Shown here: one piece after another, positions 1 through 12,279 of the stretch
How positions within the stretch are numbered: the stretch's first letter is position 1
Layout of the letters: the number at the start of each line of letters is the position of its first letter
NCBI RefSeq assembly: GCF_006345805.1
Contig: NC_043000.1
Coordinates: 150,536,001 to 150,600,000 of the forward strand
Source: Octopus sinensis
Taxonomy: Eukaryota
Direction: 5' to 3'
DNA: 64,000 nucleotides
Notes under the pieces: model-generated
What the model was told of the DNA's origin: nothing
Database searches by the model: none
What the model saw: the letters and a program-made list of their open reading frames with translations, nothing else
Position numbers and translations under genes: made by a program

Positions 1-341
1 GTGATTTCAATATTCAGTGAAAATGAATGAAATATATATAATTTATAATAGGTAGTTCTTAAGGTTTTAATACCAAATCTAAATAAGGTGATGATTCTGA
101 AAAAAAAAATGTAAATAAATTGTCATAGAATTCTCCCTTAAAAATGTTTCAAGTGATAGAGTTTTGTTATGAAATCAATAATAATCAAAAATCAATTTCT
201 GTTGCAATTATAACCATTATTTCTTAATCATTCAGAAGTACATGGATAACTTACAAAAAGTCAAGGTGTGATACAATAAATAGGTAAATCTATGCTACAG
301 AGTTTAAAACAAAAGAAAGAAAAAAACAAGAAATACTGTAC

Positions 342-854
342 AGATTCGATATCTTTGGTTTTTTCTTCTGGTAATTCATTTGGCTCCGTTTCCTTATCTT
401 TTTCGTCAAATAAAGGTAACCGCTTCCGAGCCGATTTCGTAGGTTTGATAATTGTAAATTCATTATTTGATTCAGGGGTCCTTGTATTTTGGTCGGGCAA
501 GGTTTCTGTGTGTTTTCTTTTGGACGGGGAACAAATGAGTCGATTGTCTTGGGTCTTATGACAGAAAGGTGGTGTCTCGGGTTTTATTTGATTCTTACTT
601 TTCGGTGATTCCAATTTAGTGCTTTGTTCGTTGCAAGTATCGAGTAATTCGACGACAGACGTTCGAGTCGGGTTGTATCTTTTAGATCGAGATATATTTT
701 TCGATTGAACAGGACTTAATTTACTACTACTCTCTTTGGTTAGCTTTATCGCCACAGCATTTTCATTCACAGATTTATCTTGAACTAATTTCGTCTGACT
801 GTTTTTCTTTCGAGCGTTGTAGTAGTTCGTGAGAGTCGATTGTTTCGCTTCCAT
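342..854 (-). CDS. CDT1: Probable DNA replication licensing factor Cdt1, first coding exon (gene continues off the window start)
   Basis: ATG at 854 in strong context (accATGg). The N-terminus MEAKQSTLTNYYNARKK fits a CRL4-Cdt2 PIP degron (QxxLTxYY with K at +4). It is followed by several S/T-P sites (SPSKRK, SPKSK, TPPF) and a cyclin-binding motif SARKRL. This architecture is typical of metazoan Cdt1 N-termini. An E2F site lies upstream. The donor position is uncertain (GT at 341 or 336 on the minus strand), and the conserved C-terminal domains are outside the window. Confidence 0.7.
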
Positions 855-1111
855 GGTCAACAGGGAAATAACACAAAACTCATTCAACGAGAAGATCTAA
901 CAATAATTTTTCCCGCGCTTTGATCACGTGACGCAAAACGAGTAGAATTGGAAATAAACACGAATTTATATAGCTGTCGTTTAAACTTTTATCAATAACT
1001 ATAAATATTTAAAAGCAAATTAATAAACGGTTCCGTTAGTAAATAACTTTGAATTTACAAAATCCGAAACAAAATATAAGCAAAATTGCATTGCATAAAT
1101 CATAACTCAAA
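855..1111. promoter_or_regulatory. Bidirectional promoter region between Cdt1-like gene and RELCH
   Basis: Divergent ATGs 257 bp apart. E2F-type site TTTCCCGC at 909-916 and palindromic E-box TCACGTGA at 924-931. Confidence 0.7.
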
Positions 1112-1397
1112 ATGGCGGATGGTTCTAATTCTAATCCGTTCGTTGAGGACGATGGAGATTTTATTGAGAATGAGCTTGAAGAAAAGGCTTCAGAAAAGTC
1201 TCCTAGTTCGGACTGTACAGATATTTCTTGGGATAATATTGCCGTGAAGCTCTTACGCGATAATTTTGTTCTTACTGCTCTGGAGTTACACACTGAGCTG
1301 GTTGAATCCGGACGTGAACTACCCAGATTGCGAGATTATTTTTCGAATCCGGGAAATTTTGAACGAACAAAAGTCGAGACATCATCCCCGACACTAC
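1112..1397 (+). CDS. RELCH: RELCH (KIAA1468; RAB11-binding LisH/coiled-coil/HEAT protein), coding exon 1
   Basis: Translation contains NPF and IAVKLLRDNFVLTALELHTELVESGRELPRLRDYFSNPGNFER, nearly identical to the recalled human RELCH segment LLRDQYLLTALELHTELLESGRELPRLRDYFSNPGNFER. It ends at a phase-1 donor C|GTATGT at 1398. Confidence 0.93.
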
Positions 1398-2347
1398 GTA
1401 TGTAATTTAACATGCAATATTTTATATATCCGTGGCTTTCTGTATATATAAGTACTTTCGATTTCCGTTTACCTGACTGCTTTACCTGAATAGTTAGGGG
1501 GCGTAAACAATCTCTCCAACACCTGTGTGATTAAATTAAGTGTTCCGATGATGCTATGCGCTTCATATTTCGTGTTTATATACAATTAAATGCACAGCTT
1601 CTTGCAGTAAAAGCTTAATATCGCATAATATGTTGACTGTTTTATACTCATTTCGTCGTCTTAAGTTATTTATTTTGAAAGAGTAGAGTCGTTGTGTGTT
1701 GCTATTGACAACCAAACTGACGACTTATCGCAGATGCTGAATAGAATGTTTATCACCTGGGATGTTGGAATGTTTGTTTTCGCCTCGTTAAGATGCAGTC
1801 TTTTTCTTCATCTTTTTCATCATCTCTCTTTCTGTTCTTATTAAAAAAATTTTTTTTAACTTTAGAAGTAATCGATATGTTCCAAACGTAATTTATTGAT
1901 AAAAGTATGTAAAAGAAAATTAAATTCCAATGAGTTAAATCTGCTGGGAGAAGTGAAAATGAACACATGTCGTTCGTATAAATTGAGAGAGAGAGAGACT
2001 TAATGAGGTTTTTAAACATAATACTGATTACCAATTCATTATGTAATCTTAAATTCGGAAGAAAACAAGAAGTCCTTCCTTATTCAACAAGCAGTTATAT
2101 AGTTTGATATTTACCCTCAAGATAGCAGTTGTCAATGTTGATAAATTTAAAGACCAAACAATTAACTCTTAAAAAGAAAAACGATTTCTTTTGATGACAG
2201 ATCTTTCACTGTTTACAAAGAGGATGTGGGGGCATTTATAGATACAATATATTACTGGTATTTCTTTATTATTAAACTGTAAAGCTACATAGGTAGTTCA
2301 AGGTTTATGAAATTTAAATTCTGAATAACGAGGCACCTAACTAGATA

Positions 2348-2500
2348 CCTATTTCTTTATTACCCACAAGGGACTAAACATAGAGGGGACAAGCAAGGAC
2401 AGACATAGGTATTAAGTCGATTACATCGACCCCAGTGCGTAACTGGTACTTAATTTATCGACCCCGAAAGGATGAAAGGCAAAGTCGACCTCGGCGGAAT
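2348..2500 (-). mobile_element. SINE-E, 5'-truncated
   Basis: 3' part of the consensus. Confidence 0.85.
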
Positions 2501-3724
2501 ATTTCGGGCTCTTTTACGTGTCTATTATCCTTCTGCCACTTCACATGCTGGTTCAATCTGACCACTAATAAAGCGGATTTCACCCTAAGATTAGATCGCT
2601 AAAGTATAAGAAAATAGATTTACAATGACAACATAATTTAGAATTTTTCTTATCTTTTAGGATTCTTTTAAACAATAGTTTGTTCTTTCATTCTTTAGAC
2701 GATAGATCGTTTCAATATCATAACGAAATTAAATCATTTTTATATAAAACATGCTGGCATGCAAGACCAAAAAAATGCTATAACCGACTTGCAACAATTG
2801 ATTATATTTCTAATTTCTTTGGTTTATAGTTTTGCCGTTTCTTTAAACTTTACAATGCTAAACTCTCAGAGAATCTAATTTGCTCCGCTCCATACCGGTT
2901 CCGAAGCACCATCTCTTTGCGATATAACAATTCTTCGATCTTATGAAGATTGTTTGTGGTCGTTCAACGTGCTACAGTTAGCCAAATATCCCTCAAATTA
3001 CCATTCCCCGTCTCCATTTAAAAAGAAAAAAAGGTGAAGGACACATTAGGTAATGCAGTTAGAGATGTTCCTTAAAGTACAGTGGTCAAGGCTGGTCTTC
3101 ATCACATGAAGAGGAACAATAATTGTCGTGTGCCAAGAGACAGGCCTCTTTGTGGTCGCTCGATCTGCTAGAAATGGCAGCTAATACTTCCTTAAATCAC
3201 CCTTTCGTCTCAATAAAATAATAAAAAAGAGACATTGGTTAAGGTGGTTGTAGATACAATATCTAAACAAGGGACGGAGGTGGAATGGTTACGACAGGAA
3301 CACCTTGATCATGGGTCTTCTCTTTTGTGGGGTAAACAACATAAAAAGGTCTTTTTAAAGATTCGTTGTCGTTCGATACAACAAGTAAATTGATTTGTAA
3401 CTAATTCTGTGGTCAATGAATGGATGCACTTCATTCAGCTATATTTTGTTTAGGTATGAATTTGTCAGCACAATAATAATATCCGTCGTTGGTATTTATT
3501 GGTTTGACAGATTTCTGTTATTGCATCTCTTTCTCTTACTGCTCGTCTTCAGATTATCAAATGAATTTTATTTTACTATTTAGTCACACTCATTAAAATT
3601 TTAGCCATGCGAACTCTGACTCGCCAGATTTCATTGAAGATGCAACAAACCCACCCCTTTTAGTTACCAACGAAAGGGAGAGGCTTTTTTAAAAACATTT
3701 TCTATCTTCTAATTCTCGGCATCG

Positions 3725-3767
<43 letters not shown>

Positions 3768-4157
3768 CATACATACAGCGCATAATTCTTGTCTTTCGTT
3801 CCATCCATTATATGCACGAGATTTTTTTTTATGCATATTTAACTATCTGTTAAAGCTTTTAGGTTCTAAGGCTGTTTTCACATTAAAAAAAATTCCTGTA
3901 ATATTTTCAAGGAAAATCATGTGTCGATATAGAATTTCATTGTTTTAGATTAGGTTTCAAAATGTTTTCGTCTATGGTTCTGAAACAACCACCAGCCTTA
4001 TACTTCACCGTCTGTAGACTGAACAAAATACTATCACACATTTCTTAAACAATAGTTATTTAGACTATATTTGAAATATATTAAATACGTGGTCTGAAGG
4101 TTTTCGCCCCCATTCATCCTTTTCTGTTATATCGTTACATTCTAACATGAAGTGGAC

Positions 4158-4447
4158 AGTGGATTTGGTAGATGGAAACTGAAAGAAGCCCGTCGTATAT
4201 ATGTATATATATGTATGTGTTTGTGTGTCTGTGTTTGTCCCCCTAGCATTGCTTGACAACCGATGCTGGTGTGTTTATGTCCCCGTCACTTAGCGGTTCG
4301 GCAAAAGAGACCGATAGAATAAGTACTGGGCTTACAAAGAATAAGTCCCGGGGTCGAGTTGCTCGATTAAAGGCGATGCTCCAGCATGGCCGCAGTCAAA
4401 ATGACTGAAACAAGTAAAAAGAGAAGAAAAAAAAGAGAAAAAGAGAG
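4158..4447 (+). mobile_element. SINE-A, 5'-truncated
   Basis: 3' two-thirds of the family consensus. Confidence 0.85.
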
Positions 4448-4919
4448 ATTCTTTATACTTTCCCCCTCTCCAGCATTATATATATAGTAAGCAAGTTTTC
4501 TTTAATCTAAATCTGCTTTTTACTTTGTTTTGGCCGCCACAGCTAAGGCCATGCTGGAGCACCAATCTGATTGTCACTGTATCAAAAGTGACACTTTCAC
4601 AAATACCTCAGAGTGGTATTTGGCTTATACCAACAGCTGAGTTGTTTTTCTGGCTGTTCCACTTTGATAATCTCTCTGAAATGTAAATCCTCATGGACTA
4701 ACAGTATCAGAAGTTTGGGGAGAAAAACTCTGACAGGTGGTGTAATGATTCAGTGTTAGCGTATTATTATAAACTATCTGATGATTAGTATGCTGTGTGA
4801 TGGTTTTAAAGTTCTGTACTCTTGTATGGGAAACTTAATTTTTCTGACTCACTTATAAAGCTACCAATAACAAATTGCATGGGTGTCAAAATAAAACTGA
4901 ATGTAAATTTGCAGATAAG

Positions 4920-5340
4920 GCACAGGAGTGGCTGTGTGGTAAGTAGCTTGCTAACCAACCACATGGTTCCGGGTTCAGTCCCACTGCGTGGCATCTTGGG
5001 CAAGTGTCTTCTGCTATAGCCCCGGGCCGACCAATGCCTTGTGAGTGGATTTGGTAGACGGAAACTCAAAGAAGCCTGTCGTATATATGTATATATATAT
5101 ATATATAAATGTGTGTGTGTATGTTTGTGTGTCTGTGTTTGTCCCCCTAGCATTGCTTGACAACCGATGCTGGTGTGTTTACGTCCCCGTCACTTAGCGG
5201 TTCGGCAAAAGAGACTGATAGAATAAGTACTGGGCTTACAAAGAATAAGTCCCGGGGTTGATTTGCTCGACAAAAAGGTGGTGCTCCAGCATGGCCGGAG
5301 TCAAATGACTGAAACAAGTAAAAGAGAGTAAAAAGAGAGT
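4920..5340 (+). mobile_element. SINE-A (tRNA-derived, about 400 bp), full length
   Basis: Head with A box TGGCTGTGTGG and B box GGTTCAGTCCC; CORE-like cttgggcaagtgtctt; central TA/TG microsatellite; (AAAGAGT)n tail. Confidence 0.9.
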
Positions 5341-5418
5341 ATAAGCTGTATGGGGCTTTTGAATTTCAGCTGTCTTAAGCATTTCTCTCGATATCCTAAA
5401 ACCAAGGGGCCACGTTAA

Positions 5419-5600
5419 AAAACACCCAGTACACTCTGTAGAATGGTTGGCACTAGTAAGGGCACCCAGCTGTAGAAACCATGCCAAAACAGACTTGGAG
5501 CCTGGTGTGGGCCCCTGGCCTTGCCAGTTCCTGTCAAGCTGTCCAACCCACGCCAGATTGGAAAATGGATGTCAAATGTTGATGATGATGATGATGATGA
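5419..5600 (+). mobile_element. RTE 3'-end fragment
   Basis: Family tail ending in (GAT)n. Confidence 0.75.
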
Positions 5601-6141
5601 TAAGCACCCTCTGATGTTTTGATTTTGTCAGATTTTGCTTAAACCTATCAATTCCAAAAATCTATTTTGTACAATTTTCTCTTTATTGTTCTGATTTTGG
5701 TTTTACTATATTATTCCTAATGTATACGATAATATTCTTTTGGATTTTTTAATGAATAGCCAAGGCAGAAACTTTCTAAACCATTTTTTCTTTAAAATAA
5801 ATACTGAGATTTCACTCAAGTCATTGACCTCCATCAGTGTTGATATGCTAGTCTTAATAACAGATTATCTAATTTTCTTAAATGCTCTTAACATTTTAAT
5901 TCAGTCTTATTCATCATTGATCTCTTCGATTCTCTCAGGTTTCAAGTTTCTGTTATAGATCTGGTTAAGTAGCTTTGATCTGTTTAGTCAGACTCAATGT
6001 AGGAGGTAGCCAATCTAGCATTGCTGGCTGCCGCAGAGACAAGCAAAGTAAACTCAGATGCTGAATACCTTCCTGCGAGATTTACTGGAGACATTTATTA
6101 ACTCAATGCAATATGGATTTAAGGGTATCTGTCTTGACATA

Positions 6142-6507
6142 TACTCTTTTTACTTGTTTCAGTCATTTGACTGCGGCCATGCTGGAGCACTGCCTTTTTT
6201 AATCGAGCAACTCGACCCCGGGACTTATTCTTTTGTAAGCCCAGTACTTATTCTATCAGTCTCTTTTGCCGAACCGCTAACTGACGGGGACGTAAACACA
6301 CCAGCATCGGTTGTCAAGCAATGCTAGGGGGACAAACACAGACACACAAACACACCCATGCATATATATATACATATATACGATGGGCTTCTTTGAGTTT
6401 CCGTCTACCAAATCCACTCACAAGGCTTTGGTCGGCCCGAGGCTATAGTAGAAGACACTTGCCCAAGGTGCCACGCAGTGGGACTGAACCCGGAACCATG
6501 TGGTTGG
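6142..6507 (-). mobile_element. SINE-A, head truncated
   Basis: Family consensus. Confidence 0.88.
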
Positions 6508-6665
6508 TATATATGTGTTGCCTGTGAAAGTCAAGGATTAATTTCTTTAGCACCTTTGAAATTGCTCATAGAAGAGGAATAGATCTGTTTGGATGCTGGT
6601 CTTAGTTGTTTTAGGTATATGTAAAATGTACTGCCATGTGTTATAGTTGACAAGTGATATTGTGT

Positions 6666-7047
6666 GGAGGTGCAATGGCCCAGTGGTTAGGGCAGCGGAC
6701 TCGCGGTCATAGGATCACGGTTTCGATTCCCAGACCGGGCGTTGTGAGTGTTTATTGAGCGAAAACACCTAAAAGCTCCACGAGGCTTCGGTAGGGGATG
6801 GTGGTGATCCCTGCTGTACTCTTTCACCACAACTTTCTCTCACTCTTACTTCCTGTTTCTGTTGTACCTGTATTTCAAAGGGCCGGCCTTGTCACTCTCT
6901 GTGTCACGCTGAATATCCCCGAGAACTACGTTAAGGGTGCACGTGTCTGTGGAGTGCTCAGCCACTTACACGTTAATTTCACGAGCAGGCTGTTCCGTTG
7001 ATTCGGATCAACCGGAACCCTCGTCGTCGTAACCGACGGAGTGCTTC
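6666..7047 (+). mobile_element. SINE-B (tRNA-derived, about 380 bp)
   Basis: A box TGGCCCAGTGG and B box GTTTCGATTCC; 15-bp TSD caagtgatattgtgt at 6651-65 and 7048-62. Confidence 0.9.
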
Positions 7048-7984
7048 CAAGTGATATTGTGTTTTGGAGTAAAGGATGGTTGGTAGTAATCTTGATGGGA
7101 AATGTTTATGCAGTGTTTCATGTTTTTGCTGTTTGATGTTTTATTAGGGAGTTCAGCAGTTTTTTAGTGTGTGGGAATGATGTTGGGAATTACTATTGTC
7201 GCATGTGAAACATTTATCGTCAAATTTGCTGATTCTACTAATTACTATAATTTGCCACACACTGATTGTGCTGTCACTTAGGCTTACTTTCCTGGGTTTG
7301 ATAATGTTTTTTATGTATTTCTTTATTTAGTTTTCTCTGTAATTGTATATATTTTTGTAGTCTGTGAGGTTATCACCAAATTTTCTTTTTCTCAAGTAGC
7401 TTCTGAACTGCTTTACTGCATGTGTGTCCTTGCTTGTCAACAGGTAATTTTAGATCTGTTGTGTAGAGTAAGTGTAAATTTAGATCTGGTTTCTTTCTGA
7501 ATATCGTCCCATTGAGAGTTACTTTATAGTTTAGAAATGCGCTTTTGCTGGTATTGTTGTATTAGTATGTTGAAATGTAATGAGTAGGTGGGGAATAAAA
7601 TCTGAAGAATTGTTTTTCATGTGAAGGAATTGGCTGGGTTTGTTGAGCAAAAGTTACTGCCTGGTAAGGTTGTTAGTGATGTGTGGTATGTGAGTTTGTT
7701 GATTTTGATTGTTTAGTATATTTTATTGTGTTATGACTTGTGTTAAATATTCTTTTCATGCATGTATGTTCACCAAAATTGCTTTTACAACATCTTGCAT
7801 TGAATGTAGGTAATGTAGTTCAGGTATGTAGTCATGTAGAATATAAAGAAGATGGTGTTATATCATTGTCATCATCATCACTTAATGTTCACATACCATG
7901 GTGGCATGGATTGGATGTTTTGACAGGAGCTAGCTAGGCAGAAGACTGCACCATGCTTCGCTGTCTGTTTTGGCATATATATAT

Positions 7985-8492
7985 ATATATCTGTTATCTT
8001 CAGTCATTAGATTTTGGCCATGCCAGAGCATCACCTTGAATTTTAGCCAAATGAATCGAACACAGGACTTTTTTTAAAGCCTAGTATTTATTCTGTTGGT
8101 CTTTGTTGTCAAGTGGTGGGGGGAGACAAACAAGGGCACATACACATAGATATATGTGCAATGGGCTTATTTCATTCAGTTTCATCATCATCATCGTTTA
8201 ACGTCCGCTTTCCATGCTAGCATGGGTTGGACGGTTCGAACAGGGTCTGGGAAGCCAGAAGGCTGCACCAGGCTCCAGTCTGATCTGGCAGTGTTTCTAC
8301 AGCTGGATGCCCTTCCTAACACCAACCACTCTGTGAGTGTAGTGGGTGCTTTTTACGTGCCACCTGCACAGGTGCCAGACGAGGCTGGCAACGGCCACAT
8401 ACCAAATGCACTCACAAGGCTTTGGTTAGTCTGAGGCTATAGTAGAAGGCACTAGTTCAAGGTCGCATGCAGTGGGACTGAACCTGGAACCA
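7985..8492 (-). mobile_element. SINE-A, diverged, interrupted by an RTE tail
   Basis: Halves at about 7985-8180 and 8400-8492. Confidence 0.65.
8181..8399 (-). mobile_element. RTE 3'-end fragment inserted in a SINE-A copy
   Basis: Family tail; it interrupts SINE-A 7985-8492. Confidence 0.8.
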
Positions 8493-9099
8493 TTAGCTCT
8501 TCATTCATGTATGTTTAATCAAATATATACCTAGAAAGTCTACAAAGAAACTTAATGAGTTGATCATATTTTGTAGTGGGTAGTTGCTTTACTTATTGTT
8601 TAGCCATAAGTTAATACTAATACAGCAGACCTAGAATCATTGGTTCTTGCAGCTATGATCACCTGCTTTTTTTTCCGCAAGCTTATTCTCTAATATCTGC
8701 CTATTTTTTAAGACTGTAGTATGATTTGAAGGAGAAATGGCTGCTATTTGCAGCAGGTCAAGTAACCGTGTAGCAGCTCTTGCTTTGGTTCACAGTTGGT
8801 TTTGTTGTTGCTCTTTATTCGTAAGTCAGCTTTAAGAGAACAGGTCTATGATGCTCAAAAGGAAACATCCAACCTTTTTAAAAATGGTACAATTTGAGGG
8901 AGATTTGCTGCCGCTTCCTGCAAGTCAAATAACTGTCTGTAGGCTTTCCTTATTGGGTTTTAATTGGGTAAATGGTTAATGTCTTGAGGGGAGTTGTCAT
9001 TTGTTTAATGTTGTGTATTGGTTCTCCCCATTTCATTCTGTATCTTTGCACTCACCTCTCTCCTCAGTTTCCATCTCTTAATTACTATAGCCTCATATC

Positions 9100-9950
9100 T
9101 ATTTTGGTACCTGTGTGCGAACAACTATGCTACATGGCAGTGAAACATGGGCTGCGGCAGCTGAGGACATGTGTAGGCTTCAGTGGATGCTTCACTGGAT
9201 GTGCATGTATGACAGAGTGTAAGCATCTTGAGACAAAAGATGGGTGTAAGAGGCATCAGGTGTGGTGTGCAAGAGAGACGATTGTGCTGTAATGGTCATG
9301 TGATGCATTTGGACGAGGACAACTGTGTAAAGTGCCGATCTCTAACTATGGAGGGAACCTGTGGTAGAGGTAGACCCAGGAAGAAATGGAACGAGATGGT
9401 GAAGCATGACTTTCGAACTTTAAATCTCACAGAGGCAATGACTAGTGACTGAGGCCTTTGGTGATATGCTGTGCTTGAGAAGACCTGTCAAATGAAATCG
9501 TAGTCATGGCCAATGCTGGTGTCACACAACTGGCACCTGTGCCTGTGGCATGTAAAAAGCACCTTTCAAGTGTTGGGCCTCACAGAGGGAAGGTGGCCGA
9601 TGCTGGTGGCATGTGAGAAGCACCTTTCGAGTGTTGTGCCTCCAGAGGCAATGGTGAATGACCGAGACCTTTGGTATTATACCGTGCTTAAGAAGAAGAC
9701 CCATCAAGCCAAGTAAAATCGTAGTTGTAGCAGATACTGGTGTCACACAAATGGCACCCATGCTGGTGGCATGTAAAAGCACCCATTACACTTTTGGAGT
9801 GGTTGGCATTAGGAAGGGCATCCAGCTGCAGAAACCATGCCAAATCAGACTGGGGTCTGGTGCAGCCTTCCAGCTTGCCAACCCTGGTCAAACCATCCAA
9901 CCCATGGCAGCATGGACAACGGACATTAAATGATGATGATGGTGATGATT
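9100..9950 (+). mobile_element. RTE LINE relic: ORF C-terminus + 3' UTR + (GAT)n tail
   Basis: QERRLCCNGHV...GRGRPRKKW, followed by the ggcatccagc...catggcagcatggacaacggacattaaatgatgatg tail. Confidence 0.85.
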
Positions 9951-10889
9951 TGTTCTGATGTTACATTTGGGTTACCTTTATTGTCATCCAACTCATCTCG
10001 TTACCTTTACCTCACTATCCATCTTTACACCTTTAGGTACCCTCTAGCTTTTCTTTCTCTCACCCACCCACCCACTGCACCCACCCACCCACCCACTGCA
10101 CTCTCCACTACTCTATTTTCTCATCCTCTCTCTACAGTTGCTTTCACTGATTTATTCACACTGCACTTTCTTTCCCCCTCAACTTCGACAATACCCTTCA
10201 GGTTCTCTTTCCTTCATTGTTCTCATTGCCCCCAGTCACTGCTCCCCAACTTTGTGCCATATTTTTTCTCATTGTCCTCTCCCCACAGCTTCATTGCCTC
10301 CTCAACACCCGCCTCTTATCTTTCCCTTCTCCCTCTAGCTTACCCCTCCACAACCTTCCACACCTCTTTTTCTTTCAGTGATTCTCTCAAGATTCCTCAC
10401 TGTCCTAGTCTGTTGCTTCCTTTTTCATCTCTATTCCTCACACCTTCTATCCATATTTTCCCTAATAATGTAGAATAGTCCTAAAACCCTCTCTACATAA
10501 CCCTTTCTGTCACCTTTCCACTGTTCCTACTTTTCTCAACAATCTTTGATATTAATCCCTTCTCTTCATCTGTTTTCCTGCCATACTCTCTTCTCCAATT
10601 ATTATTTAATCAGCTAATCCCTCCACTACCATTCTGTTGCAACTATAAATCTGCTCCACTCATCTTACTTAGCTTCCCTTATTATTCCACCCAGAATCAT
10701 TGTACCCTCTATCTTCTATTCTCCCTTAGTTATAAGGATCACTTTATGCTCTTAGTCTTACAAGTTATAAAGGTGATCAGTCTTCACTAGTGCTGGCACT
10801 ATGGAAAAGAACTCACTACACTCAGTAAAGTGGTTGGCATCAAGACTTGCATCCAGCTGTAGAAACTATGCCAAAGCAGACAGACATTG

Positions 10890-11385
10890 AACAGATTTTC
10901 CTGTGATGGGATCAGCCTGATGCACTTTTGATCATCAGGTATCAGAAGTGGCACCCACCCAGCAAAAGCCTTCATCATGCCAGATTCATTGTGCAGAATA
11001 TTTTCAACTCTCTCTCGAGGGATATGCTAGTAGCATTGGGTATTTGATTTATGGTCAGTCGTCCGTCATCCATCACCATCTGATGGACATGGTCAATGTT
11101 TTTGCCAGCGGTGGCAGTTGCAGATCGTCCAGACCTTGGGTCATCTTCAAGACTCTCCCTTCTCCTCCTAAATTTCAGCTGCCTACTTTTGCACTGTTGA
11201 TAAAGTTGGATTGTCATCCCCTACTGTATTAACCAGGTCAGCATGAATGTCCTTGGAGGCAAAACCTTTTTTTCTGCAGACCCTTGATAACACCACAATA
11301 CCGAATTTTGTCCATTTTCATATGTTGTTTACCTGGGAAAAAACAATGCTCTTATCAATAAGAAGGGTTGAAATTAATGCATGCA
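10890..11385 (-). pseudogene. mariner transposase 5' relic
   Basis: MDKIRYCGVIK..., SLEDDPRSGRS and GWVP remnants. Confidence 0.75.
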
Positions 11386-11882
11386 AGATTTCACAAGTCT
11401 AGCATCATTCCTTCATAGTCAGCCTGTGATCTTTTCATCCCACCCTCATATGCATAGGATTTAGTTGCTTCCTCTGCTATTCAGTGGGTTTTAGTTGTTG
11501 CTTAGCCATAGGTCAGTTATGACTGTCTGTACCTACAGCCAAAGCCCTCCCATCATCACTATCATGTCCTTTTTGTTATATGTAGGGTAATGTTGTCCCT
11601 CCAGATTTTTCAAGATGGTAAGCTGTGGTTTGAAGGAATTTAGCTTATTTCAAGTTTCTGTTATAGATCTGGTTAAGTAGCTTTGATCTGCTGTGTTAGT
11701 CAGACTCAAGGTATTTAGCTGTGATTTTTAGCAGGGTGGCTACATACAAAGTTCCCTTTCCATGTTGTAGTTGGTAGGATGTGGTGTATTAATTCTAATT
11801 TCACTACAGAATGTATTGATAATTTCTATAAATGAGAAAAGTTATTTTCTTACATATTTAACCAAACACATAGTTTTAGATA

Positions 11883-12279
11883 TCTTTATATATAAAAGTC
11901 AAGTTGCGTGTCGGTCTCCTACGATTTAGATTCCTAACTACTCCCACATTTTGCGGTGCAGTGTAACCAAAAGCAGGTATCTTATAGTCGTGATTCATAT
12001 CGAGCCCTTCTGGGTATTAGCGCGCGTCTACGATGAGTCTACGATTTAAAAAATAATTTACCATCATTTTTTTCCATTTTAATGCATTTTTTCGCTATTA
12101 TATAAGGGAAGTAACTCTCTAAAAATGTCTACGATGAGTCAACGATTTAAAAAAAAATTACCATCATTTTTTTTCCATTTTTAATGCATTTTTTTGCTAT
12201 TTTTTGGCTATAACTCTCTAAAAATGCTTATATAGTTATTTCCCTTACAGACCCGAGCAACGCCGGGCGATACTGCTAG
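11883..12279 (+). mobile_element. Non-autonomous Helitron (family F)
   Basis: 5' TC, 3' CTAG, subterminal hairpin cccgagcaacgccggg, inserted at A^T with no TSD. Confidence 0.85.

Noticed and set aside
855-887. Upstream in-frame ATG (MNEFCVISLLT) of the ORF-track Cdt1-like ORF
   Set aside because: The ATG at 854 has the better context and places the PIP degron at the extreme N-terminus, as in known Cdt1 proteins.
4920-4995. tRNA-like A/B boxes at SINE heads
   Set aside because: There is no complete cloverleaf, and each continues into a SINE body; these are not tRNA genes.
6321-6527. Recurrent short ORFs MLGGQTQTHKH..., MSSNARGTNT... throughout the window
   Set aside because: They are antisense readings of SINE-A copies, not a gene family.
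7080-7860. Strand-biased stretch that may be an ancient PLE/LINE relic (similar at 12480-12880)
   Set aside because: I could not recover convincing motifs by eye; it needs a translated HMM search.
9930-10478. 182-aa Ser/Pro/Leu-rich ORF (also 15761-16388)
   Set aside because: Pyrimidine-biased sequence is depleted of stop codons, and there is no domain signature.
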